From: Octopus sinensis
Taxonomy: Eukaryota
Direction of reading: 5' to 3'
Assembly (NCBI RefSeq): GCF_006345805.1
Contig: NC_043016.1
Location: 10,478,001 to 10,542,000 of the forward strand
Length of the DNA stretch: 64,000 nt
Each line of letters opens with the position of its first letter. Position 1 is the first letter of the stretch. The notes beneath the pieces are model-generated. The model did not search any database and was not told the DNA's origin. It saw only the letters and a program-made list of their open reading frames with translations. Positions 50,328 through 64,000 of this stretch are shown one piece after another. Both the position numbers and the translations under genes were made by a program.

Positions 50328-50664
50328 CAGTGGTGGACTGGGTCTAAAAATATTGGTTTCCTGGAGACTAAGTGGGCCAACCTGCAACTACACGGGGCCC
50401 ACCCACAACAATGCTATCATTTATTTATTTACTTACTTATTCATTTATTTATTTATTTATTGTTAAAATTATTCTTTTCAACTGTCTGCAAACACAGCCA
50501 GACTGAAATAATTAATGCATTCTTCCAGGAGTAGATAAAAAAAATTCTCAAACTTGAGGAGATGGGCCACTTAGATACTAACATAGGCCCCCATATATAA
50601 ATTCTAATGGTGTAGGAGCCCACTTACCATCAGGTAAGCTGGCAACCTGGCCAGTCCACCACTG
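50328..50664. mobile_element. hAT MITE
   Basis: Perfect 14-bp TIR CAGTGGTGGACTGG / CCAGTCCACCACTG; TSD CCTCTGGT / CATCTGGT. Confidence 0.85.
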
Positions 50665-51375
50665 CATCTGGTGTATATATTCATCCTTGAACAGAACACC
50701 AGTCTGTCGAAGGATTACTCATTTTTACCAAATGTGTGGACTGGAGCAACTTGAAAGGAAATGTCTTGCTCATAAGCACAACATATTGCCCAGTCCAGGA
50801 ATTGAAACCACAATCTTACAATTGTGAGTGTAACATCTTAATTACTAAGCCATGTGCCTCCACTAGTGTATACAGCAAGGACGACAATGGCAACAGAAAT
50901 TTTGGTGTTTTGATATGACGGAGATTGACCAAGGACAGGATTTTTTTTTCTTTCACCCTGGTCAAGCCCTGTGGATTTTCCTTTTTCGCTCAACCAATCC
51001 TTCCAAAAGCATTTTTTTTTTCAAGTACCACTTGAAGAGGAAAACATTTCAGAGAATCACTTACAAACAAAGCAGTTAGCAAACACAAACAGAAAAAGAA
51101 AATGGGGAGTGGGTGGGATGGATGTGTTGAATCAAAGTGGACAACCTTTTTTTTTTCATAAGAACACATGTGATCAGGAGTGATTCAGAGATTAATAACA
51201 TTAACAATTACCCCTTTCAACACTAACAACACTTATTATAAAACAGTGGGTCTCATTCAGAGTCTATATAGCCCCTGGGGGATGGGTCCATATAAGATTT
51301 TGTTAAGATTTATCTGCAATAAATAGCTTATATTTCTCCAAAACACAAAATATTTTAGTGACTTTTTTTTATGCA

Positions 51376-51760
51376 ATCATCATCATCATCATCGTTTAAC
51401 GTCCGTTTTCCATGCAAGCATGGGTTGGACGGTTCAACTGGGGTCTGGGAAGCCAGAAGGCTGCATCAGGCCCAGTCTGATCTGGCAGTGTTTCTATGGC
51501 TGGATGCCCTTCCTAATGCCAACCACTCTGAGAGTGTAGTGGGTGCTTTTTACGTGCCACCTGCACAGGTAACAGACAAGGCTGGCAAACGGCCATGATC
51601 GGATGGTGCTTTTTTACGTGCCATCAGCATGGGGGCCAGACGAGGCTTGTAACAGCCACAATCGGATGGACTTTTTATGTGCCACTGGCACGGAAGCCAG
51701 TCGGGGCGGCGCTGGCAACGGCCACGTTTGGATGGTTCTATTATGTGCCACCGGCACTGG
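51376..51760 (-). mobile_element. RTE 3' UTR-only copy
   Basis: Homology to 16970-17325. Confidence 0.85.
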
Positions 51761-52102
51761 AATCCTTAATTATATTTAATTATAAGACTACAGTTACGGG
51801 AGGAAATTTTTTTTTCTAAATTTACATCAAATTGCTATGGGACTCTATTCCAATTGAGTAAAAAAGGAACCAGAGAGGTCCATGAGGGGGAAAATGGTTG
51901 AGAAATGCTGCTTTAAACCAACGAAGAGAGAATGTATGCAGCGGCAGCAGCAATGACAACAACAACAACAACAATACCAGTCTCCTTGTCTGTTTTTGAT
52001 TTATTGAAAAATAACAACAGTAATAACATCCATTCTATCTGCATCGATGCTGACCATGCCAACAAGACATCGAATAGGTTTAGCATCAGCAGCAACAGCA
52101 AA

Positions 52103-52480
52103 GTGGAGGCACAATGGCCCAGTGGTTAGGGCACCGGACTTGCAGTCGGAGGATCGCGGTTTCGATTCCCAGACCAGGCATTGTGTGTGTTTATTGAGCG
52201 AAAACACCTAAAGCTCCACAAGGCTCCGGCAGGGGGTGGGGGGTGGCGACCCCTGTTGTACTCTTTCGCCCCAACTTTCTCTCACTCTTTCTTCCTGTTT
52301 CTTGTCCTCCCCGACTTCCTACGCAACCGCTGAGCCTGGATGCGCATTCATCCATCCGTCGATGCTCTCGGTGTCGGGGGTTGACCTGCTTTCTCTTCTG
52401 CGGGTCTTACGAATAGCAAAGGACCACGTTTCGGACTTCTCCCACCTTGCGAGCTCTGGGATGAAGACCGTTTGCTCAAC
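52103..52480 (+). mobile_element. SINE C, tail type 3, followed by a (CAA/CAG)n field
   Basis: Same head as 45650-45842 but an unrelated 3' part. Confidence 0.8.
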
Positions 52481-52760
52481 AGCAACAGCAGCAACAGCAA
52501 TAATGACAACAACAGCAATAATGACAACAACAGCAAAGACAAAAACGAAAGCAACAGCAGTAAGAACAGCAACAACAAAAGCAATAACAATAACAGCAAT
52601 GATAACAACAGCAGCAACAACAACATACTTGTTTATTTTGATCTGGAGATAAACAACAGTGACCAACAAATAAGATTCTATAAAGGAAGAGCAGGGCAAA
52701 AGAGCAATTACCATCACCACCATCATCACCATCACCACCACCACCACCACCACCACCACC

Positions 52761-52799
<39 letters not shown>

Positions 52800-53422
52800 T
52801 ATTTTGTCGCTTTTAACAATCATTAATCAATCAGCCAGATGGTGATTTATCAATTTAGCTTTTTTTTAGAATTAGCTTTTGTCCAGTGTATAGAGATGAC
52901 CAGTTCAGATATTGAGCCAGTGGGATCGGGAGGGCAAGGATGGATTGTTGGAATATGAGCAACAACTATTTCTAGTTGGTCAAGCAACCACTTAAAGGCA
53001 AACTCATTTGGTTAGTCAACTGCTACTCTTGCAGGTCAAACATCATGTTGAATCAATCTGATGACTTGGCTGTAATATCTAGCAATTTCGATAACCACAT
53101 AGAGGATAACTCTCTTTGAATTAATCAGCTGCTATTTCTAGCAGGTCGAGTGATGTGACTATATTGGAGCACTCTACTGGCCTGATTTGATTGTTATTTT
53201 TAGCAGGTTAAACGGATACATAGAGGTTAATTCATTAGGTTTATTAGCTACTGTTTCTAGCATGTTGAATAACCATATCATCATCATCATCATTATGTCC
53301 AATTAGGTGACTTGATCAAACCAATGCCACTCTTCCACACCAAATGTCTTGACCAGGTGATATTGTTTGAACATCTAATTTGAATGTCATAGTCATAATA
53401 CATACATCATCATCATCATCAA

Positions 53423-53455
<33 letters not shown>

Positions 53456-53522
53456 CATCATCATCATCACCACCACCATCATGTCTGATTTTAGTTACAT
53501 TAGTTTTTCACTATCTGGAATA

Positions 53523-54433
53523 CAAGGTGGTATCAAGGTGGTATAAGGCGGCAAGCTAGCAGAAGCGTTAGCACACCGGGCGAAATGCTTTGCGGTACTT
53601 CGTCTGCCGTTACGTTGTGAGTTCAAATTCCACCGAGGTCGACTTTGCCTTTCATCCTTTCGGGGTCGATAAATTAAGTACCAGTTACGCACTGGGGTCG
53701 ATGTAATCGACTTAATCAGTTTTTCTGTCCTTGTTTGTCTCCTCTATGTTTAGCCCCTTGTGGGTAATAAAGAAATAGGTATCAAAAGGTCTCCAGACTA
53801 GTTATGTTTAATAAAAAATAACGTATTTACCTAAGTTTTAACATCATCTTCTTTGAAATAGTTACCTTGTATAGCAATACTCCAGTCCCAGCATTCCTGC
53901 CTCTTTTGGAATCTGGCCTGGGAGTCGTTTTCTTAAGCGAGTCGAGGACACTCTGCAATTTGCTATGGATCTTGACATTGTAGTAGAACTCTCAATTGAT
54001 GGTCTAGCTCCGGAGGGGACAAATTTTTGATACACAATACCACATTTCTGGGAGTGACATTTATGACAGGTCTTCCAGAGACATTCTTCCACTTTTGAAA
54101 GCACTCAAGCTACTCAAAACATTGCATATAACCCATTGCCTCATCACTATTATCTTGCCAAAGCATCTTCAATGTCTCTGCAGAAAACTTCCCAAGTTTA
54201 ACACAAAATTTCACATTGGCTCTTTGTTCCTGTCCATGACAAAAAATCACGGACTACAGCATACATGTAATCACAAAAACACAAATTTCACAACTTGTGA
54301 AGTAAACTTAGTGATGTTACTCAGCACACTTCTTCCTGAAGGTCACTGCTAACTCTCACTGTGCATGCAACATTTTACTGCCATCTGTTGGTGTGCTACA
54401 GAACTAGTCCGGAAACTTTTTGATACTACCTTG
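53523..54433 (-). mobile_element. Internally deleted mariner-like element with a SINE B (53546-53780) inserted in one TIR
   Basis: TIR CAAGGTGGTATC..AAAAGGTCTCCAGACT / AGTCCGGAAACTTTTTGATACTACCTTG with TA flanks; peptides ANVKFCVKLGK and WDWSIAIQGNYF. Confidence 0.8.
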
Positions 54434-54449
54434 TATCTTATCTACGCAT

Positions 54450-55200
54450 ACCATGATTACAGCTGATAGCAGTAGATCACTAACAGGATTGATTGATCCT
54501 GGTCATTGACTATTTCTTGTCTTTTCAGCTGCTGAGGCATGGACTTGAACAGCTGACTTGGGTTTTAGACTCATTGGTCATTTGCTATGATTACAGCTGA
54601 TAGCATTAGTTCACTAACTGAATGGGCTGATCTTGGCCATTTACTGTTTCTTGTCCATTCATCCACTCAGCATCTAATGATATTCCCCATTGACTCAAAC
54701 ATCTGGCTTGGGTTTTAGTTTCACTGATCATTTGCTATGACTACAGATGATAGCAGTAGTTCAGTAATTGAATTGGTTGATCCTGGCTCTTCTTAGTTTG
54801 TTGTCTGTTCATCTTCTCAGCCTTTAGTAATATTCACCATTGACTTGAACATCTGGCTTGGGTTTCAGTGACATCAGACACTTGCTAATTGAAATATCTC
54901 TTTTCTGCATGCCTTGACCACAGATGATAGCATTAGTTCAATAATTAAACTGGTTGATCCTCACTTTTGACAATCTCTTGTCCATTCATCTGCTCAGCAT
55001 CTAGTGATATTCAGCATTGGCTCAAACATCTGACTTGGGTTTTAGTTACACTAGTCATTTGCTAGCTGAAATATCTCATTTCTGCATGCTATACTTACAG
55101 TTGATAACAGTAGTTTGCTAACTGAACTGGTCAATTCTGGCTGTTAATTGCTTGTTGATTCATCTGCTCAGGATCTGGTGATATTTGCCCTTGACTCACT
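54450..55200. repeat. Diverged tandem array, 134-177-bp units, about 5 copies
   Basis: GATAGCA anchor at ~54465, 54599, 54749, 54926 and 55103. Confidence 0.8.
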
Positions 55201-55919
55201 AAGATTCATTTGTAAAATATCTCACATCCAATATGCTGCATCCTATGAATTCAATGTACCCTGGCTCAAGTAAATACATGCTGGTCAAAACTATATAGAA
55301 ACTCTAGATTGACTTGATTTTGCTGCTATTTCTAGCATGTTGAGCAATCACATACAAACTTTGTTGTTGGCTTGATCAGCTGCAATATCTAACATACTAA
55401 ATGACCACATAACGGCACCACCACCACCACCACCACCGCTCCCCAGCCATGAACTTGATTTCACCTAGTTTAATTGATAAATGTCTTTACTACTTAGACT
55501 TCTGTATAATTCATGTTCATTCACATCCCAGGAGAATATTATAACACAGAATAACGATCGCATTTGATAGTTCAACATCATGGTAATGATAGAACTCTTG
55601 AATTCAGGATACTTTCCAAAATAATTCCAGATCTACTTTGGATGAAATATTCATAAGCTTCATTATTTGGTCCAGCTTAATTAATGCATGCATAAATAAA
55701 TATATATATACATTTATGCATAAATTTGCAGATGATGGGGATTTTAATGTACACATGTAAATCATGTGTATTTGTATGTATGAATACAACATCTCCAACT
55801 GCATAAATTTATATACACACACACATAAATACATACACATATATATACGTCGTCGTCGTCATCATCATCATCATGTGTTTGTATGTGCACACACACAACA
55901 CACACACACACATATATAT

Positions 55920-56605
55920 TCTTTTATTCTTTTACTTGTTTCAGTCATTTGACTATGGCAATGCTGGAGCACTGCCTTTAGTCAAACAAATCAACCCCAG
56001 GATTTATTCTTTGTAAGCCTAGTACTTGTTCTATTGGTCTCTTTCGCCAAACCACTAAGTTACGGGGACATAAACACACCAACATCGGTTGTCAAGTAAT
56101 GGTGGAGAGGGTGCAAACACAGACACACAAATACATACATATACATACATATATATATCATCATCATCATCATCATCATCGTTTAACGTCCGCTTTCCAT
56201 GCTAGCATGGGTTGGACGGTTCAACTGGGGTCTGGGGAGCCCGAAGGCTGCACCAGGCCAGTCAGATCTGGCAGTGTTTCTACAGCTGGATGCCCTTCCT
56301 AATGCCAACCACTCTGAGAGTGTAGTGGGTGATTTTATGTGCCACCAACACAGGTGCCAGACGAGGCTGGCAGACGGCCACGCTCGGATGATGTTTTTTA
56401 TGTGCCACCGACACAGGTGCCAGATATATACATATATATATATGACAAGCTTCTTTCAGTTTCCATCTACCTAATTCACTCACAACGCTTTCATCAGCCT
56501 GACGTTATGGTAGAAGACACCTGCCCAAGGTCCCACGCATTGGGACTGAACCCAGGACAATGTGGTTCGGAAGCAAGCTTTTTACCACACAGCCACTCCT
56601 GAACC
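55920..56605 (-). mobile_element. SINE A with an RTE 3' UTR copy (56158-56425) inserted in its microsatellite
   Basis: Homology to both families. Confidence 0.8.
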
Positions 56606-57810
56606 TGTGTATATATAATTCTTATGCAAGAATGTTGTTGACAGTGTAGCAATATTGCTTTCTTCTTTGCTATCTTCACTGTTTGAGAAAAATATTAAGA
56701 ATCATCTCGTTTGAGATTACAAACATCTTTGGCTAGTTTAACCTTGTTGTGTCCACTGATCTGATTGGTTAGCATCTAAGCGCGGTCTGTCTCTCTACTT
56801 ATTTCGTGCCAGTGTGTAAACTGACCAATCACGGCTTTCGGACAGGACCTTTCATTTGAGCCATCTTAACTCCTTAAATAGGCTGATCATCTCATGATTC
56901 ACTGTCTTTCGACTTAAGGCCTTGTAAGGTCTTGGTCGGAGACCACACAGAGCTTACTCAACCATGTTCCAGTTCAAAAGGTAGACGACAGCCAAGCCAA
57001 CCTTACTATGAAGACGCTATTGTAAACCAGCGACAGACAGAACATCATCACCAACATTGTCTCCATCTACAAAGATTTCAACTTGTACACAAGATAAATA
57101 CAGATTCAACTCATGCTGTTAGTGTGAAAATCTCACTACGGAAAAACAGTTGCAGTATATATATCTGAAAGAATATCTATATCAAGAGAAAAATATGCAC
57201 AACAAGTAATTCAACTAATCTCAGCTTTGAGACTCAAATCTTGTATAGAACTCATTATCGTGTACTACATGAACTGGTAAAATAACTCTAAAATAACTCC
57301 ATTTTACCTCAAATTGTTGAGACTTCTCTTATGCTCTGTTGTATTCACATACATCTTATTCTGTTCTTCTGTAGCACACACGAACACAGACACAAATATT
57401 ATAAGCATGTATTCATGACACAACACTACTCTAATAATCACAAATCACTTTGTACACTGTGAATAAAATCTATCTTCTCTTTATAAAAGTAGAACGGTTT
57501 TTGGAGTCCTTTATTCATTTACTTTGGCACTGTATATAAAACATGTATTATGGTTTATATATAACATTATGTTATGTTATGTTATGTTGGGATGCAGCCG
57601 TGCGATGTACAAGAGGAGAAATATGTCACAAAAATCCTCATGTACGGCCCATATACCAACATAACAGTAACCTCAAAGTGTTGGACAGCTGAGCCATTGT
57701 CAAATTAAATTTGTTCACTGAAAAGCATAGAGTAATGCATCAGATTAATGCAAAATTGTTTTTATTATAACTGAACACATAAAAACAAGCATTTATATAT
57801 ATATATATAT

Positions 57811-58020
57811 AGTTAATCCAAACAAGAAAGCACAAAAAAAACACAACAACGCGAGGATGTGGAACAAATATAGTATTATTGGATGCTCAGGAATGAAGGA
57901 AAGAAGGAGGGTTTAACGTTTCAAGTGGAGCTCTTCATCGGAAACATAGGAGAAGGAAAGATCCAGAGAAGGGAAGTCAGAGGAAAAAAAATCGCCAGCG
58001 GTACACACGAGGTCACATTT
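57811..58020 (-). mobile_element. Family H2 copy (hammerhead 57911-57945, core CCGAUGA)
   Basis: Homologous to 9408-9605. Confidence 0.78.
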
Positions 58021-58039
58021 ATATATATATATATATATA

Positions 58040-58436
58040 CATGCCAATCTTTAACTGTGGAGGGAACCTGTGGTAGAGGTAGACCCAAGAAGACATGAGA
58101 CGAGGTGGTAAAGTATGATCTTTGAACTTTGAACCTCACAGACTAGTGACTGAGACCTTTGACAATGTACTCTGTTTAAGAGGACCCATCAAGGCAAGTA
58201 CACCAGTGTTGGTGGCAGGTAAGAAAATCAACCTTTGAATGTTGGGACTCATGAAGGCAAAGTGGCTGAGTTCCTTTGGAGCATTGGGCCTCACAGAGGC
58301 ACAGTGGCTTAGTTCCTTTCAAGCGTTGGCCTCACGGAGGTAATGATCAAGACCTTTGGCATCATGCTGTGCTTGAGAAGAAAACCCATCAAACCAAGCA
58401 AAATCACAGTCATGGCAGATGCCAGTGTCACGCAAA
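58040..58436 (+). mobile_element. RTE subfamily 2 fragment
   Basis: TVEGTCGRGRPKKT; matches 12480-13000. Confidence 0.8.
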
Positions 58437-59445
58437 CTTACACAATAACTCTTACTTCCCATACCATAAACCATTGACCAATCTTAAGTATATTAGCAAA
58501 TTTAGTAATCATTCTAGGGCAATTACTAGGAACTTAGTTAAGAATATTTCATTTAGATTGTTTAAGTTATCTGTTAATGTTGACATTTTCAATGATAATG
58601 CCAAATTTTATAACTCTGCCTTACTTAAAGCAGGTTATACAGAGAAAATTATCTACATTAATTCTATTCAGTCTAAGTCTAATTTTACTAATGTAGATAT
58701 GAAATCTAGTTGTAAAGGAATTAATGATATCAATTTTAATTTATACACCAAAACCAAACAGAGGAAGGGAGATAACCCTTATTTAATCCCCTATTTTCAT
58801 TCTAAAGGAAAATCTATGTCTTTCAAAAATAAGATAACTAATAGTATTACCATTTGGTTAATTATTCCATATAGGAGGCAAATTAAATCTAATCTCCCAT
58901 TGCAGTTTCGTGAAGCTATTATTAGGAATTTTCCAAGATTTCTAAGTATTACTCTATTATCAACTCACATATGGTTAGTATTGGTTTTTCCAACGCAAAA
59001 AATCTCTTACAAATTATCTCTTCACATAATAACAACCTGTTAAATATTAATACATTTAATAATACTAATATTAATTTAGCTAATACCATCCATCCCTCTA
59101 GAAATATTAATAACAAGGTTATTGTATCTGAAGTCAATTCCAACAGAATTAAGTTTATGTCAAGTAACTCTAAAATTAAAAATTCTATATACCAGTGTAA
59201 AATTACTACTCATAATCAAGCATCTTTTTTATATTGGAAGCACGTCTTTACAGTTATCTAATAGGATTTCTAATCACTACTCGACATTTAGGGATAGGAA
59301 TAAATGTAACAATACAAGGCTCAGTAAATTAATTGGAATCTAAAAGACTGCAATAAACAGTTTAACTTAGATTGGTTGATTCTCTCAATCTTGATACCTT
59401 ATGACAAAGGCAAGGAATTCTGTCTTCTCTGTAATTCTGAACTAA
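58437..59445 (+). pseudogene. Penelope-like element fragment: RT thumb and GIY-YIG endonuclease
   Basis: YHKP..KYISKFSNHS..ISFRLFKLS..YNSALLKAGY; SIYQCKI..YIGSTS..RISNH..TRLSKLI(W)NLK..W..CLLCNSE. Confidence 0.85.
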
Positions 59446-60914
59446 TTCTGTAATTCAGCATTCCAGAGAGTGCAAGTGTCCGACCTTGCAGCCAGGCACT
59501 TAATTCGTATAATACTCTCCTGTGGTTTCTCTGTTTTCTCTTGGAACAAATTGCAAGAGAAAAGGTAAATATTTTGTCAAGGAAAGCGGGAAATAATGTA
59601 TCGTGATATCTGGCTGTCTCCAGAAGAATACGTTTATAGCAGAAGTGATTTACACTGTCATTATGTATGAGATGTTTTCATTACGGTTGTTTAGGCTTAA
59701 ATATCTGGATATCAGCTCCACTGGCCTTTTCGTTACAGCAGGTCACATGACCTTGTGATTAGCCAAACTTATTGCTTGTACTGGCCGGTTTCCAGCTGTC
59801 CAATCGTGTTGGTGCAACAGTTTGTTTTTCCTTACATGGGAAATTAATCACCAGCTTCTGGGAGCCTACTGATCTCTATAAGAATGGCAATTCTCAACTG
59901 CTCTAGGTCTTTGGCATGTGCCTCTGACCATATGCAACTTGTCTCCAACAATAATGCATCTGACACCAGCCGGTCTCTGCTTTTATTTTCACCACCAGAC
60001 ACCTGCTTACGTCATTGCTGTATGAACATCACAAGACCAACAGACCAACAGCTGCCTCTACACACCACCAAACAGTACGTCAACTTTATCAACAAGATCA
60101 ACAGTCCATCCTAACCACGAAGTTCTCTCACACATCCTTGTTGTAAACCTGTTAAGTTATTTTATTTCATGTAATGGCAATAATTGTATTTTATAACGGA
60201 GAATAAACCGTCACTTGCCAGTTCAGTTTTAATCTCACATCGTATATAATTTTTCCATTTCCTTATTTATCATCTTCGTTATATGTTAGCAAATCAATTC
60301 GCAACGAACAATAGCAAAGTGTGAAAAATGATAGTCGTGAAAGTTACAGCATATAGAACACCTTTGATCACAGATGCTTGAGAAAATTACATTAACAAAG
60401 CGATTCGCAAATAACAATGGTCATAAATTCAGTCATGAATATTGTTTCATGACAATTTTTTAAGATCTATTTACCTACACAGCTGATTGAGATAACTTTG
60501 TTATCTGTTCATTTTGTGAAAAAGGTATTTTTTTTTATTAAAGACCTGTTAATTGTGAAAATATATGAAGTAGACGTGAAATTAACATTGTGATATCAAT
60601 TTCAATATTATATAATTGCGAGAAACATAGCTCGTTTTAACCATTTTTTTTTTTTTGTGTGTTCAAATTGAGTTAGTCTAGCCTAGGTTAAACCTACCAT
60701 TAGATTAGAGAATTGGAAGCTAGCAGCTGTCGCCATGGTTATGTATGTGTTCCCAGTTTTTTATTATTTTATTAATAGTATTTTTATTACACTTATTCTT
60801 GGATTTAATGGTATTATTGTCAGTGCATTAGGTTCCCTGTTTTTCTTTCAGTCGACCATATCCATATTTTTATTTCCTTTTCCGGATCATAATTTAATCA
60901 TATTAACTCTACAT

Positions 60915-62958
<2,044 letters not shown>

Positions 62959-62989
62959 TGTAAAGGTTATAAGACATGGACATTATGAA

Positions 62990-63586
62990 AACCAAGTTCC
63001 TCCAAACTTTAATAGTCTTTTGCTGTGACATCCTGTTACCCCTTATCTTTGAAAAGAGACTTAGGCTCAGTTCAGATGGCTATGCGAAGCTGTGGTAGTC
63101 TGTGGTCAAACTTTGGTTGGAGAGGGTTACCACTGGAAGGTCATATGTGTGGCATAGGATTTGGTTCCTTGCCTTAAGTTTGGAAAGAGTCAGAAGTAGT
63201 TGTTAGGGAATTTCTATAACTTCACCAGTCCCAACTTTTGGCCAACTAATCCCTCTGATTGAATTCGCATGGGTTACTATGTGTGGAGTGTGGTTGAGAA
63301 AGACACCAACCATTCTGCATGTGACATCAAAGCTGAGCTGATGGTCAAGATCAAGAAGGTGTTAGAAGAGCTACCCAGGAGTACAATGAGGAATGCATGG
63401 CATGGGTTCCAGGGCCATCTTGAGGCCATGCTAGAAGCTGAGAGAGGCTATTTTGAGTAAACTGTTATCTCCCAGCCATAATCTAGTGGATATTTTTTGA
63501 TTTTTTAAAATACTTTTATTTTTAGATGGAATGATGTGTTTTCTTTTTCCTTTACACAAATTGCCAAATTTAGCCCAAACATTCTG
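62990..63586 (+). pseudogene. Tc1/mariner transposase C-terminal fossil with right end
   Basis: FWPTNPSD*IRMGYYVWSVVE (decayed WPxNSPDxNPxDY) ... LEAMLEAERGYFE. Confidence 0.75.
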
Positions 63587-63634
63587 CATGTATGTATGTA
63601 TGTATGTAGGTATGTATGTATGTATGTATGTGTG

Positions 63635-63668
<34 letters not shown>

Positions 63669-63807
63669 TGTATGTATGTATGTGGGTGTGTGTGTGTATG
63701 TATGTATGTGTGTATGTATGTATGTATGTATGTATGTATGTATGTATGTAGGTATGTATGTATGTATGTATGTGTGTATATATGTATGTATGTATGTATG
63801 TATGTGG

Positions 63808-63839
<32 letters not shown>

Positions 63840-63888
63840 ATGTATGTATGTATGTATGTATGTATGATTGTATGTAAGTATGTATGTA

Positions 63889-63919
<31 letters not shown>

Positions 63920-64000
63920 GTGTGTATGTATGTATGTATGTATGTATGTATGTATGTGTGTATGTATGTATGTATGTATGATTGTATGTATGTATGTATG
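63587..64000. repeat. (TATG)n microsatellite
   Basis: Seen directly. Confidence 0.95.

Noticed and set aside
52319-52823. Poly-N/H/C/V ORFs
   Set aside because: They are trinucleotide repeats downstream of a SINE.
56640-57565. Possible solo LTR (CCAAT, TATA-like, AATAAA, ends in AACA)
   Set aside because: No convincing TG start with a matching TSD and no second copy in the window.
58276-59043. 255-aa ORF as a single gene
   Set aside because: It is a chance fusion of an RTE 3' UTR (first ~54 aa) with a Penelope fragment.
59449-60296. Possible solo LTR after the Penelope fragment
   Set aside because: TATA-like and AATAAA signals are present but the termini and TSD are ambiguous.

Overview
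Eukaryotic, AT-rich, extremely repeat-dense DNA. The SINE families and (TATG)n/(CA)n/(TA)n microsatellites look like those of octopod cephalopods (Octopus); this is inferred from recalled repeat families, not from a search. No complete host gene is visible and almost all ORFs in the track are microsatellite or SINE artefacts. One candidate 121-bp minus-strand exon lies at 30181-30301. The window holds a near full-length Ty3/Gypsy LTR retrotransposon (3088-7337), RTE, CR1, R4/Dong-like and Penelope-like retroelement remnants, hAT and Tc1/mariner fossils and MITEs, and dozens of tRNA-derived SINEs. Two observations stand out. (1) The Gypsy primer-binding site has no TGG and is an exact 12-nt complement of the 5' end of metazoan tRNA-Phe, suggesting unusual priming. 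(2) At least three unrelated short interspersed families carry minimal Penelope-type hammerhead ribozymes: one is fused behind a tRNA-derived Pol III head (a candidate Penelope-mobilised SINE) and one has a compensatory G3-C8 core. Repeat boundaries were read by eye and are approximate unless TIR/TSD/LTR coordinates are given.
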